A stretch of 64,000 nt of DNA from Thalia democratica. Its lineage: Eukaryota. The translations under genes were made by a program, and so were the position numbers. The DNA lies in NCBI GenBank assembly GCA_965202585.1, contig OZ241832.1, positions 56,296,001 to 56,360,000 on the forward strand, read 5' to 3'. A model generated the notes under the pieces. It saw nothing but the letters and a program-made list of their open reading frames with translations, had not been told where the DNA came from and ran no database searches. Numbering within the stretch: the first letter of the stretch is position 1; each line of letters begins with the position of its first letter. Positions 26,340 through 40,143 of this stretch are shown piece after piece.

Positions 26340-27190
26340 TTTTAAATACACTTTTTTCACAAAGGTATGTGAAGAACCACTTGGTGACCAAGAAAAGATC
26401 GGTGGTCCTGGAAAAAATTATAAAGATTGATGAGACCCATGTATCATTCAAACCAAAATTCAACAGTGGTAGAGAGTTGTTGAAAATTGAACATTTTTGG
26501 ACTTTTGGTAGAGTTGAAAGGTTTGGACTAAATTTAATTTCTTTAGTCATGCTAAATAGCCATCAACTTTAAAAATACATCGTACCAACCTATTTGTGGT
26601 AAGTTATAACAATGTACCTTTTTGTAATAAACCTGTTAGAATATCTTATTTAATGATAAGTTGTTAAACATTTTCAGGGAAGTAGGGCTAGATTTGGTGT
26701 TTAGTTTGGAATGGGAGGAAGGATGGATATGGACACCTTAGAACCACTAATAATAGTCCACATCAAGCCGGGTACAACTATAATGACGGATGGCTGGTCA
26801 TTGTATAACTCAATTGAGTTTTTAATTGACTTAAACGGCCAACTATTGAATTACAACATGAAGTTATCAACCACAACAAACATTTTGTTGATCTGGAAAA
26901 TAAAGAGTTCTACACCCAGAAAGATGAAAGGTTCTGGGGTGACCTCAAAGATAAGGTAATAAAATAAGGGGTAAAAAATTTTGAACTACATGTACATAGG
27001 TATCATTTTTGTTCAAACACTTCCAACAGCCATTTCACAATTTAATGGTAGAATCAGGCAAAGCCTTTCTTTTTTCTAGATTTATTGTTGAGCCATAGTT
27101 TTGAATTATAATTAAAAATTTAAAAAAATTTGTGCATACTTGACAAGGGGTGCGTACTTTAAGCGGGTGTGTACCTTACACCAGTCTCTA
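26340..27190 (+). pseudogene. Merlin (IS1595/ISXO2-like DDE) transposase remnant with subterminal repeats
   Basis: KIGGPG/KIIKIDETHVSFKPKFNSGRE...WTFGRVER and DTLEPLIIVHIKPGTTIMTDGWSLY...YTQKDERFWGDLK are Merlin/ISXO2 motifs. Repeated gggtg(c/t)gtac(t/c)tta at 27147-27180. Confidence 0.85.
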
Positions 27191-27719
27191 TTATTAAGGC
27201 CTGTGTGTGTGCATTATTTAAACTTAAATACATAAAAACTAACTTAAAAATTTTTTAAATAAAGTAAAAATTAGTGCTACCTTACGCAGGGTACGTACGC
27301 TGATACATACTTCATAAGTTACAATTCTAAAATTAGGGTTTTTTATAGATTAAGAGCTTTTCAATATCAAAATAAAACTATTTTTCACTTTGATATTGGT
27401 GCAACATCATAGGCAATTACCAAGATACAGTACATTTTTTTATATGATACTTTTTACAGAAGAGACTGAATCTTAAAAAGGATCAAAAAAATTATATATT
27501 TTACACAACTATAGGATTCATTGAATTTTGTATAAAAAGAGTTTACCCAGATGGCCTAGAAGTCTAACAGTGATACAACCTGAGGTACTAATTAAAAATA
27601 TTAGATTAATAAAAATGTCTACTTGACATTTTAAGAATAAATTTTCTTTACTATTAAATGTTTCTTTAACAACTTCAAAAAAATATTAAGGTAGAATTCT
27701 TCAAATTAGCAGATTACAA

Positions 27720-28126
27720 CAGGGCTGACACTTGTTTTTTCAAAAACTTTTCCAGGTTTTTAAAAGAACACATTTTTGGGTTTATTTTTAGTTTATAGTT
27801 AAATTTGAAGTAAGAAACAGTGTTAAATAGTATAAAAAAATTGAAAAGATACTGTAAAGCTACTTAAAATGTGATTTTTAATAAAAAATTGTGATGACAA
27901 ATCTTTTTTATCTATATGATGAATTTTTTGAGTCAAACCGAAATTTTACTACTGAACATGTTTAAGTTCTTAAAAGTTCCAAGTTTTTCCAGGTTTTTTG
28001 TTTGAAATTCCAGGTTTTTCCAGGTTTTTTTCAAAATTTCTTAAATTCCAGGTTTTTTCAGGTTATTTTTGCCTAAATTGTCAAATTCCAGGTTTTTCCA
28101 GGATTACAGGTAAAGTGGCAACCCTG
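27720..28126. mobile_element. MITE (CAGGG-TIR family), empty paralogue of the element that hosts the Penelope insertion
   Basis: TIRs cagggctgacac / gtggcaaccctg; exact 6-bp flanks TTACAA/TTACAA; internal ttccaggttttt repeats. Collinear with 37113-37338 plus 40163-40349. Confidence 0.8.
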
Positions 28127-28326
28127 TTACAATATTTAGGGATTAATAATCAGCTTAATTATCTAAAAGAATTTAACTAAATTAAATTGTTAAAACAGTT
28201 ACGCATAATGTACTTATAAAATTCTAAGGTTAGTATATAATTGTGCAGGTAGACACAGATTGTTAAAAAATTAAGTAATAAGTAAATTGATCCCTATAAC
28301 TGAAAATGAATAAACATAACATTATT

Positions 28327-28574
28327 TAGAATCACCACTTTTTAAGACAAAAAAAAGTCAGCCTGAGTGAGCAAAAACTAGCCTGAGTAGACTTAATTTC
28401 CATTTAAATAAGGCCTTATTGTGAGTCAAAATTTTACACAACATACCAAGCTAAAATATCTAAAATTACCATAAAAATAACTTATGAAGTTAACAACTAA
28501 CATAACTTTTAATATTTTTGAGTTTTAAAATAATTTTTAATTAGCCCAAGTAGACTTAGTATGTGGCAACCCTG
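28327..28574. mobile_element. Short member of the CAGGG-TIR family
   Basis: Right TIR gtggcaaccctg at 28563-28574. The left part (ccactttttaagacaaaaaaaagtcagcctgagtga) resembles the left end of 35082-35808. Confidence 0.5.
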
Positions 28575-28942
28575 TATTATCAGGCAAAATTTAACCTGGT
28601 ATTTCTGATGAATCTCAACCATTTAAAGCAACCTTAATTTAAATAAGATAAATTGAATTTTTATTTTTTACTGTCAAACAACATTCAAGTAAAACAGTAA
28701 AACTATTCCACTTTTTTTATATAGTGAAAAAAACATCACTCTCAAACTCTACCCCTTGCAACAATAAACATTTTCTGAGGACTTCAGTTATTACCAAATC
28801 TAACTTTCATGAAGTATTTAGAAATTACTTCATCTTAATTACAGATTAAAAAAAATTTTAAGCTTTTAAAAACTCAATTTAACTTATTACAAATTGAAAT
28901 AATTAACTAGTTAAGGACTTTAAAATTTAAACTGATTTTTTA

Positions 28943-31900
28943 CTAAAGCTACTGTTGTGAATGATATCTATTATAACATATAACAAAACTCATAAATTAA
29001 AAAAATTGACACACTAGTTAAACTAACTTTTAGTGGTGAGGCAGCCACTTTTCAGTAGGATCCAACAGGTAGAAAGGTAATGATTAGAAAATTAGTTGGT
29101 ACACTTGAGGAGAAACACTTATCATTTCTTCACAAAGAAAACTTACAAATAGACTTTTTTGACCTTTAACCTCAGCGCTACTAATAAAAATTAAATTGGT
29201 AGCGCGGAGTTTTAAACAAGTAAACTAAATTATCACAGTAATATAATCGAAAAGAGGAAATATAAAACATTAAGAAAGTGTATATTTTCAAGAACATGAT
29301 CATTAAAGAAAGTATTTTTTATAAAAAATCTTGAAGAAGATAACACGAACAAATTCTCACAAGTGTAAAACTAGCAGCTTAAAATGAAGTTAATGTCGTT
29401 AATTTCAAATGACTTTTTTTACTTGATGTTTTTGTTTAGACTGTTAATAGTTTTTTTTTAATTTTATATTATACTCTGTTTTTGATAAAGAGTTGTTAAA
29501 AACATTTGTGTTGAAACAATCTTTTAAACTTTTTTATCTTTAAGTACTGTTAAAGTTGACCTGTTTAACGTTCATTTAGGTCTACTATTAATTTGTATTG
29601 ATTTCTATATTAGATCAGTTTATAGTATATTTCGTTGTTTACTAGCGTAAAAAGTAATAAAGAAATTACGAAAGTTAAGAGAGAAGGAGATTGGTATGGA
29701 AGCTACCAAACTAAAACACTTTATTTAATTTTTTGTCATACGTTGCTAATTTGTGGTTATTTTCTTTATTACAAACGAAATACATAAATATAGTTAACCT
29801 TACACATTTAATTTATACTTTAAAAGAATGAGATAAATTTTAAAAACGTAAAAAACTATAAATGAGATTATTTCCTTGTGATGCTGAGCTAACTAAAATT
29901 ATTTGTAAAATATATCTAATTAAAGTAAAGCATAAGTTTAATGTTACAGCTATTAAACGTGTCAGTGTTTTAAAACAGCATCAAAAAAGTATAGATAGTG
30001 AAACTGTATGTATATCTTTTTAGTAGAAAGGTATATTTATACAGTGTTTAATTGAAAGTTAACTAGTTAAAAATGTAAAGCTATGAACAAACGAAAAAAA
30101 AATGATTAAGTGTAATGCAAAATTGATTTCAAGTAGATAGACTTGAAAAGTTATTTGTATATATACTTTTATGTTATAGATTAATCGATATAGACCATAC
30201 TGTTAGCTAAAACAACCAAATATTGTTTAAATTACTAAATAGAGATTTGCTGTATTTTTTTTAACTTTTTCAATTCAAATATTAAAGGAAAAAGCATGCT
30301 TGAACTTTTTTTCTATATCCTTTTTTTTTATGCAGGTTTAAAAAAATTCTATTTTGTTTAACTGTTCAAGTTACAGCTAAGTTCTGTTTTTTGTGTTATT
30401 ATAAAAACTCAACTGTACTTTTATTTAAAATTTGTTATATTTATTATTATCGCAATTAATCAAAAATACAACAAAAATTTTATATTTTAGTAACAAAATG
30501 CTTATAATAGCATTTAAATAATAGTAAAACAGTTGATTTAATTTCATTTTGATTTAAGCTTTAACAGCATTAATTTTTTTAGGTCTTAACATTTTAGTTT
30601 GTTTCGAAATAATTGGTTTACGTCAAACTCTGTAAGATGATTACACAACTTCTAAAGAACTTTAAGGTTTCTAAAACCTTCAACAAGCTCTAAGTTCGCT
30701 TAACACCAGATTTGGTAAAAAGCACTGCATTTAGTTATAAAAATATCCGGCAGTAAAACTTAAATTATAATTTTATTTTATTCAAACCTACTGTCGAAGA
30801 TTTCTTAACACTTTTAACAGTGTTTTTTACCAATGCTGATGTGATATGAAAATTCAAGAAACATTTAAATAGGGTTACCAAACTCATTTTCATAATCGCC
30901 TTGTTACCATACATTTTAAAAGTTATTTCCCCTTTACCAACCAATGCTCCTTTACTAATTAATTATTCACTTACTTCTTTTTACTTTATTTGTTATAGCC
31001 AACTTTTCGAAATATTTAACTAAAGATAAGAAACATAATTTGAAATAACAACGTGTCTAAAAAATAAAGATAGCAAACAATGAAAAATATTGGTTGCGAG
31101 TATATAACATATATATTACATACACTCAACCCTGTCTTCACAATCAAAACATGTGTTTTAAAAGAACAAAAACCACTAAGCAATAGTAAAAATTACAATA
31201 AAATAAAACTAAATATAAGATAAAACAATGCAAAAAATAAGTTGATTTGTTCATAAGTTGTTTATAAGATAAGCTATTCAATTTTATTTGAAACCTCATG
31301 TGTTTTTTTTTTGTATGATTGTTTAAAAATTTTGCTATGTACTTTATTTCGTTCTGAAGATACGTGTTAAATGTTGAAACTTAGTAAACTATACAAAAAT
31401 TAGTTGATATTTTGTATTATAAATATGTATATTACATATGTATATTTTCAAGTATTATTATCTACAAGTAGTTGAACATTTTTGAAGCATTAAAACCATT
31501 AACTTTTTTACTTACAAAAAGAATCATACAGGTAATCTAGACTAATTTCAATTTATAGCTTATAAGTTTGATGTGAAAAATTTTACTTATGTTCAAGGTT
31601 TTGATTTTATGCAGCTTTTTATTGATATTCTTAATTTTTTCATTTAACATGCGAGATGAATTCTACACAAATACATAGAAGCAATTTCCTGTTCAAGTGC
31701 TTTTACTTTTAAGTTGACAATGCAAAAAACAGATAATTATTTTCGATAAAACTTAGTTAAAGAGTTCAACGAATATAAAACAATAAGTAACCAAGCTTAA
31801 AAAATAGAACACAGATAAAAAAGATATTAAAGTAAGATTAAGGATGTCAATAACACAGTAAAACTGATCATTATACCAATTCTAAGCATTCTTAACGTAA

Positions 31901-31954
31901 AATACACATAAAAATCAACGTAGCAAATCTACGGAGTAAGAATACTTTACAAAA
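28943..31954. repeat. Segmental duplication, copy 2 (of 8921-12364)
   Basis: Near-identical direct copy lacking the poly(A) insertion. Confidence 0.95.
31327..31401 (+). ncRNA. Type I minimal hammerhead ribozyme (paralogue of 11306-11380)
   Basis: gtt-CTGAAGA(31354-60)-t-acg-tgttaaa-tgt-t-GAAAC(31376-80)-tta-GTA-aac; the stem II change keeps a G.U pair. Confidence 0.6.
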
Positions 31955-32799
31955 TATAAATGCAACATTGTTTATACAACTAGGTATTAACATTATCCAC
32001 ATTCAACTGTGCTATTACATGCAGTACAAAAATGTATTTCGACACATCTTCAACATAAGAGCTCTGCTACCAATATACTCTTCAATGACGGCATGCAAAT
32101 TTTCAACTCCGTAGTGCAAGCCTTTCTGGTCAAAACAGCTCAAAACGAATGTTTGAGCGCTCAGCTGGTGGTGGTCACATGTCAAGTACAGCTCCTTCAC
32201 ATTGGTTAAATACTCGTACATTGATCTATACTAGTGCATTTTGAACCTGTGTCGGTCCGCATGTAAATGTTTGGGTGTCAACTTGGCCGATGGGGTACAT
32301 CAGGGTTGTTGTTAGATTGGTTTTGAAGGTGTTACGCCCTTATAAAAAGTTCATGTAAAAAGAATAAACAACATTACAACTTGTAAATAGTTTATTCAGT
32401 AATGTATCACTACTTAAAACTTTAAATTTTGGCATATTAATTTATCTTAGAACCATTTAAAACATACATATAGCAATTAAGGCTGAAACTTATTTATATA
32501 TATTTTTTTTATTCATTATTTTACTTAATTACTTCTGGTACGCCAAACCATGAAGTAACCAAATTTTTTATTAAAATAAATTAGGTTGCAGCTTTTCTAA
32601 AAGTTCAATGTAACAATGTTATTTTCATCTAAATAAGTTAGATATCTGAAAAAAGTGTAATTTCTCACATTTGCAAAATTTGAACTCGGATCATAGTTTC
32701 TAATAAATTCTCAAATAGAAGCATTTTGAACAGCATAACAATTAGTGCTGAAATTTATTTATATATGTGTATTTTCAAACTTAAAATTTGTCTTAACTA

Positions 32800-33575
32800 A
32801 AATAAAATTAGATTCGGCCAAATCCGAAACTTTTATTTAAGCTAGAATCCGACAGAATCGGGATCTCGGTTTAAAATCAGTATCCAATCAGATCCGGTTA
32901 ATTTAAAAAAGCATTATCCAGATACTGGATCAGGTAAATCACTAACCCTAAATGCTCCGTACTCCCAATGACAAAAAATTTCCGGATCCGGCCCGATCAA
33001 AAACGTTGCCCAACCTTAGCATAGAACCTTCTTTTTCGAGCCTCTCCTATGTTTTTGGCTAAAATTTTACAAAAATTTGATAGTTCTTCTGAATTTTCAT
33101 TAGTGTTAACAAACTTCGTCAGTGATCTTGCATGCGGCATCACGCTTGAGAGCAATGTATTTTTTTTACTTCACTCCTTTGTTTGAAAAAAAAGGTTCGA
33201 ACAGTAGAATGATGTGGTGATCCAGTTGCCATTCTTTAGCTGTAATAATCGAATCTTAATCGATTTTTTATTTAGCAGGACCGGACACCTGATTTTAGCT
33301 TTTAAGTCTCTGTAGCATAAGATATGATGAGATCCGCCTTGTAGCCTCATATCAAACAAGAAGCAAGGTTTTTTGTTTTGTTTGTGCTTTTTAATGTTTC
33401 TTGCATTGTCTCGCAAAAAAAAAACGTGAACATGATCCAAGGTAATATTCCAATTGATAAGCATATCCCGAATGTAATTACAAATGTTTCGGCCAGAGTG
33501 CTCACCCTTGATTTCCCTTCAATGCCAAACACGGTATTTGCACTCAAAATATTCATTCAACTAATGCGCAGTTAA
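32800..33575 (-). pseudogene. hAT (Ac/ZBED-type) transposase remnant with ggatcc-rich subterminal region
   Basis: Minus-strand WNITLDHVHVFFLRDNARNIKK resembles W.I....V..hhRDNA.N of ZBED/Ac transposases. 32810-33000 has many atccg/cggatc motifs and an end-like ggtaaatcacta (32933-44), echoed by ggtagatcacta near 34778. Confidence 0.6.
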
Positions 33576-35081
33576 AGAAATATATGTTTTAAAGATAAAT
33601 AACAATTAAAGGTCTCTATGTTATTGCTAAAGAGAATGGTATAACTTCAGCTATTTTAAGATTTTGTTTTCATAACAATCTTTCACTCCAAAAATTTAAA
33701 CATCAAAAAGGTTAAAATCTGTTTTAAACTAATTAAGGTATTATTACTGGCAGTTTTTTTTCTTTAGAACTTTGTTTTGAAAATAATGTATCAAAATGAT
33801 AGAAGTTATAACATATATGTCATAAATTAATATTATTAGTTAAATATATATAAAAAAATAACACATAAGTATATAGCTAAAAGTATGCAAGCATCTGTTT
33901 TGATGTTTAGTGTTACATATTTAAGAAGGACTTTTTTATTATTATAAATAATTGAGCTTTATATAAAAACCACTAAACAAAAAAACTTTGTTGTAACTAA
34001 GATTTTTATTTTGTTTTACAGGCTTTTCAAAAGAGACACAGTAACATGACTTATTTTTTAATTAGGAAAAAAGTAAAACTTAATATTTAAGTCCTACAAT
34101 CCTGGTCTAAAATCGTTTATAACACAATTAAATAAATGATCAATTACATCTAAATGGAGACTGAAAACAATATTAACCAAGCAAAAAAACTTTTAATAAC
34201 TCCATACTCTTTGTAAACTAAACCTCCCTTTTAAAAACTCCATAAATTTATATATATCATAAGTTTTCAAGATAATCTAAATAGAGATGTTTAAAAAACA
34301 AATCATGGTAAGGCCTGAGCTTTGCAGATAAGATTTCACTGAACTGAGGAAAACCTTATTAAAATTAAATAAAATAAATTACCTACAAGTATATTTATTT
34401 TATATACTGGTAAGCGAAAAGCCAAAGTTTTATTTGAACTGAAATATGTTCACGAGCAAACATGAAAAAACTTACGATTAATAAGTAAGAGCGGTTATCC
34501 AAAAAGCTGAGACTAAACGCCTTAACTATGTGATAAATTTTTTTTGAGAGTCTAACAAAAATAATCTATTATAGATTTTAAACTGTGTGCAAACTCTAAA
34601 TCAAAACGGCCTTTGTAGGTGTGAAAAAGCAATGTTTTATCTACTCAAGCGTGAAATCATTAATTAGATTTACATTTGACAAACAACTGAGTAAAATTTA
34701 ATAAGTTTAAAGTGGCCGGATCTGAATCCCTTTTTTAAATTAGGGTTCAGCAGAATTCGTATCCGAGTCTTGGGTTCGGTAGATCACTACCAAAATTTTC
34801 ACAAGTTTAAAAGTGAATAAAAGACGATTTGTACAAAATTTAATTTGTGCAAAAGTGACGATTGACTTGGGTGGGAACTGATTTAAGTTTCTTTTCATCA
34901 TGTGGGATCAAGCTCTATGCAAAAAATATTCTTGTTTTTCAAACAGAAGAAATTAGTCTTAATAACATTTTTTAAAGCCTATTCCACATATACTTATTTA
35001 TGCTGAACATAATTAACTAATTTGAATAAGTAAAACATTGCTGGTACTTTACAATTTACTGAGAAATTTAACTTTTAGATA

Positions 35082-35808
35082 CAGGGTTGCCACTTTTTGA
35101 ATCAAAAAAACTTCTCTGAGTGACCAGAATCTTCCCTGAGTTTTTTTCAAATCTTTTTTTTTTCTGGCGCAAACAATACCTCATTTTTCTTCTTTTATAA
35201 TAAAAGAAATGTTCTATGTGTATGCTTCTGCGTTAGATGCTTATTAAACTTAGAACTATTTTAAAAAAATTAAAGATACTTTAAAACAAAATTTGGGCAC
35301 AACTTTGTGTAAACATGTTAGTTTACTTTATACATAATAATTAAGTTTTTATCGGTTTTTAATTATTTTTTACTGAAAACAAGTAGTTGTTAAGCTTATT
35401 TAAGAAATAATGACCTACAGTACAATATAGTTTTATATAACTACATAAGTAACTAAAAATTAATAGCTTGTTATAAATTTTCAATGAAAAGTTAACCAAA
35501 ACTTTTATATTTCTTAACTGTTTGTTTTGGTCAACATTAGTCAAGACAAATATTAAAAAAAAAACTACATTATTAATTCTAAGAATATTGAAGTACTATC
35601 CTGAAAAATTTCTGATTAAGCACTTAAAATCAATTTTTGAGTAAAATACTGAAACTGGATTAACCAAATCTCATTCTAGTAAAATATTTCCCTGAGATTT
35701 ATTCTAAAACTTTTAGAAAAAGTCAAAACTGCATGAGTTTAAAAATAATCAAAATTTTATTGAGATTTTCTACAAATTGAAAATTACCTTTGGTGTGTGG
35801 CTACTCTT
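35082..35808. mobile_element. MITE (CAGGG-TIR family)
   Basis: TIR cagggttgccac (35082) / degenerate gtggctactctt (35797-35808); flanks tagata / aagata; many ctgag subterminal motifs. Confidence 0.6.
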
Positions 35809-36339
35809 AAGATATACCATTAAAATATTTAAATTACCTTGTCACATGACACTAATCTGATTTTTCTGATAAACTATTAGATTAGGTATGAGGCTCAATA
35901 AATTTTCTATAGAATTGTTACTTAAAACCAGCAACGATATATTTTCACTGTTTAAAAAACCCAAATCAAAAAAAACTTTAATATTAGAGCAATTAGTACG
36001 ATCATTAGAAGTGACTAAACGTGTTTAAATCTTATGTGATCTTTTAAAACATTATCTAGGAATAATTGTAGTAATCTATTTTTAAACAGCTACTTATGCA
36101 AGTCATCTCCTGATGGCTAATTTGACATAATTTTAGTATTGATTTTTTGTCTAATTTAGACCGTCTTAGAACAATTAGTAACCTATTCTTTAAGGCTTTT
36201 TCCTATCTTACATAAATATTTGTATCTGATACCTATGCGAGTAAAATAAAACAACTACTCAGTGTACTCAGTTTTATAAAAATTAACAAAATTGATACGA
36301 ATAAAAATAAACAGTTAAGAATGTAAAACGTTCACATTG

Positions 36340-36480
36340 ATTTGTTCAGTAGTCAAAATCTCGCTTAATGTGATTGGTACATATCTGATTGCCGGCACGT
36401 GATTGGTCGAAGTTCCCGTCGTTTAAACACTTCCCTTGCGTTCTGAAGTTCCTTAACCAAAATTAAATTATTTCAGTTAA
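36340..36480. promoter_or_regulatory. Promoter-like GC/CpG-richer island
   Basis: Two ATTGG (reverse CCAAT) at 36373 and 36402, CACGTG E-box at 36396, and ttccc motifs downstream, all in otherwise very AT-rich DNA. No linked exon was identified. Confidence 0.3.
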
Positions 36481-37540
36481 TACACAGAAATATGTCGTAA
36501 TAAATAAATAAAACTGTTTAAATTTGTTAATGTTAAATATTACATGATTTTATTAGAAAAACTCAAGTTTATATTATGAATAGTTAAACTGTAGAATAAG
36601 TATTTACTGAATTTTATGCTTTGATAACATTTATACTTTTAAAACTTATTTAAAAATTTATAGTATTCTGTATTATTAAAACAAAATAGGTTTTGACTTT
36701 TTATAATTTAATTTTTGAGTTTTGTTAATGTTTTGTTGGCATTTGGTTAAAAATCTAATTTTATATAGTATTTAATTCTAAATGAAAGATTATCAGATAT
36801 TTTTTTTAATAATTTTACATAGTTCTTAATTCCATTCAAATTATGACTTGTTTAATTAATTGAATACAAATTGCTTTAATATCAGTACAAATTATAACCA
36901 ATTATACACTTGAATTTTTCGAATAAGCAACATTTTACTTTTGTTTAGATTTTCATGATAAGATTATAGATAAACAACATTGTTAAGACTTGACAAGGCT
37001 GTATTTTTTTGCCACCTAAACTTTGCAGTGAATAATTTATTAAATTTACATTAATATAATTTTTTAGTATCATTAAAACGTTTACAATTTTATTTGTATT
37101 CTATCCTGTTGTCAGGGTTGCCACTCGTTTTTTCAAAAATTTTTCCAGGGTTTTCAAATTTCTTCCAGGTTTTTAAAAGTACACATTTTTAGGTCTATTT
37201 TTAGTTTTAAGTTAATTTCTTTATAAGAAACTGTGTTAAATAGTATAAACATTGAAAATTTATTGTAAAGTTACTTTGAAAATGTTTTTTAATAAAAAGA
37301 TTTTTTGATGATGACAAAAAAATCTTACTTATATGATATGATTTTTAGACTTATATAAATTTTATGTTAATTTTTACTAATTAAACATAATAAGTTTTTA
37401 TAAAGTTATTAATTAATTTCACTTAAAAACATCTATAAATTACTTAATTACTAATTTATGTCTAATTAGTACTGATTAGTCTAATTAGTGCCAATTCATT
37501 TAATTATTTTTTTCTATATATATCAGTGTGCTTCATTTTT

Positions 37541-37600
37541 ATTGCTACCTAGACTCTGAAGATCCTTTTTTAGGTGAAACCGGGTTAGTAAGGTTGCAAT
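37541..37600 (+). ncRNA. Type I minimal hammerhead ribozyme in the 5' pseudo-LTR
   Basis: attgc-t-acct-ag-act-CTGAAGA(37556-62)-t-cct-ttttt-agg-t-GAAAC(37576-80)-cgg-GTT(37584-86)-agt-a-aggt-t-gcaat. Stem I is extended (act/agt, acct/aggt, attgc/gcaat), stem II is cct/agg, and stem III is near-palindromic (aaccgggtt). Confidence 0.85.
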
Positions 37601-37722
37601 TTTGTCAATAAATTATTAATTAATTTGGCTCTCTGTTTCAAGATTGAGCACTCATTTGGTTTCCAAATTGTACAATTAAGCTTCTTATCTATTTAAGATG
37701 GGCGCTCATATCAAACCTTGAA

Positions 37723-39822
37723 ATGAATTCAAATGACATTTTGAAGCACATTGTAATAAATTATTCACTTAAAAACATACCTATAGCGAATGAACTTACA
37801 TACAGGCAAGCAATTTATCAGAAACTGCATAAATTTATTCAGAACCTTCGCTGGAAGGCCTTTTGGTACTAGAAACATGAGGACAGCGCAATTAATTTTG
37901 GCAATGAAGACAATACTTCCTTAGGATTCCCAACTAGAAATTCTGCACCTGATTGCGAAGACCTTAAACATTTAGAGCATGATCTTTACCTTTTAGTTAA
38001 GTCCATAGAATTCAGAAGATATAAATCACCTTTCCAAAAAAAAAAAGTTTCTGATATTAAGAAGATAAAATCTTCAAATAAAGTCATTATTTCTAGCGAC
38101 AAAACAGATAATCTCTATTCTATTGATAAAAAGGATTACAATCGACTTATGAAAAACTGCTTGATCAGCAACTATAAGATAGCTCCAAAAAATTGCATTG
38201 AACATATTAATTTATACGCAGCATCTATTGTTAAGGAATTAAACATAAGAGGAAAAGTAAAAAAAATGTACCCAAAAGAGAGCTTTTTTGACAATCAAAG
38301 ATCATAAAAAAAGTTTCCCAAATTCAATAGAGTGTAGATTAATAAATACGATGAAATCAGATATAGGAAGAATTGCTAAAAAGATACCTGATAAAGTTAA
38401 TTTCGACATCAAACTCAAAACCAGCCTCACTCAATGGAAAAATTCATTTGAGGTAATCGACTGGTTTAATAAAATCGAAAACAAAAAGAAGCTGTGCTTC
38501 TTGAAATTTGATATCGACAAGTTTTATCCCTCAATATCAAAGAATGAATTAATTTAGGCATTGAAATTTGCTGAGACATATACTAATATAACTCCTCAAG
38601 ATATAAATATTATATTACATTCCGGCATGAGTGTCTTATCAGATTCTTAAGGTGTAGAATGGGTTAAGAAAAATGACACTAATAACTTCGGTGTGCCTAT
38701 GGGCAGTTATATGGGTGCAGAAATTTGCGATCTGATAGGATTATATATTTTGTCCGATTTATCTTCAATTGACACTTTAGTTTCATTTGGGTTATACCGG
38801 GACGATGGTCTAACGGTTTTAAATAAATCCAAATGTGAAAATGAAAGGGCAGCAAAAACAATCAGAAAGATTTTCCAGAATCATGGGTTTAAGATAATTG
38901 TGGAAGCAAATTTAATTCAAACTGACTATTTAGACATCACGATGAATTTACCAAATAACACATATGCCCCATTTCGAAAAGAAAACTCGCATATAACATA
39001 TATAAACAACCAATCAAATCACCCTAAACTAATAAGAAAGAGCATAGGCCCAATGGTTAGTAACAGATTAGGTAAACTTTCCAGTAGCGAAGAGATTTTC
39101 AATAACAACAGAAAAGACTACAATGAAGCCTTAGCTATAAGCGGATACAACAAACTCAAAAGCTACAACGAAACTATCTCAAAGCCCAAAAGAAAGACCA
39201 GAAAGTCCAGGAAAATTATTTACTTCAACCCCCCATTCTGCAATTCTGTAAAAACAAACATTGGTAAAAAATTCTTGGATCTTGTACGACTTCATTTTCC
39301 AAGAAATAACAAACTTCACAAGATCTTTAATAAGAACACCATTAAAATTTCATATAGTTGCCTTCCAAACCTAAAAAATGTAATAAATACCCATAACAAA
39401 AGGATTTTAGACGACTCAAACAAAAAGATAAGAATTGCAACTGTAGGGACAAAACCAACTGCCCTTTTAAAGGAGAATACTTACTAAAAGGTATCTATAA
39501 GGCTTCTATCAGGAATAAGGAATACATAGGATCAACAGGGGTATCTTTCAAAAAAAGATGGCAACAACACAAATACAGCGTACTCAAGAAATCCCAAACA
39601 ACTACTCTATCCAAATTTGCCATTTCAAACAATATCAATTTTGCCGAAATCAAATGGCAAGTGCTATACAAAGTTAATAGCTCAGTCCCGAAGAAAGCTG
39701 ACAACTGTTTAATCTGCAATCTGGAGAGAATGGCTATAGCCGAAGCAGATAGAATTAAATCATTAAATATCAGAAAAGAATTAACCGCTATGTGTCCCCA
39801 TTATAAGTCTTGTTATTTTTGA
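37723..39822 (+). pseudogene. Penelope-like reverse transcriptase + GIY-YIG endonuclease ORF, disrupted
   Basis: YSLKNIP...LRWKAF, SDKTDNLY, TIKDHK..RLIN..KSDIG, QWKNS..VIDWF, FDIDKFYPSI, PMGSYMGAEICDL, GLYRDDGL, then CNC..CP..GIYKA..YIGST..FKKRW..CLICNLE..LN.R.E...CPH. At least three TAG/TAA stops and a frameshift near 39425. Confidence 0.92.
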
Positions 39823-40083
39823 TTTATTGTTTGTTTGTTGTTTCTTATTTTTACCATCTTATATGTTAAACTTAATCTTTAATTTTTTTAGACTTTTATA
39901 AATTTTATGTTAATTTTTACTAATTAAACATAATAAGTTTTTATAAAGTTATTAATTAATTTCACTTAAAAACATCTATAAATTACTTAATTACTAATTT
40001 ATGTCTAATTAGTACTGATTAGTCTAATTAGTGCCAATTAATTTGATTATTTTTTTCTATATATATCAGTGTGCTTCATTTTT

Positions 40084-40143
40084 ATTGCTACCTAGACTCT
40101 GAAGATCCTTTTTTAGGTGAAAACGGGTTAGTAAGGTTGCAAT
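40084..40143 (+). ncRNA. Hammerhead ribozyme in the 3' pseudo-LTR (stem III variant)
   Basis: Same as 37541-37600 except GAAACCGGGTT is GAAAACGGGTT. Confidence 0.7.

Noticed and set aside
37723-39822. Selenocysteine read-through in the Penelope ORF (reported for some Naiad elements)
   Set aside because: The in-frame stops I traced are TAG/TAA, not TGA, and there is a frameshift, so this is ordinary decay.
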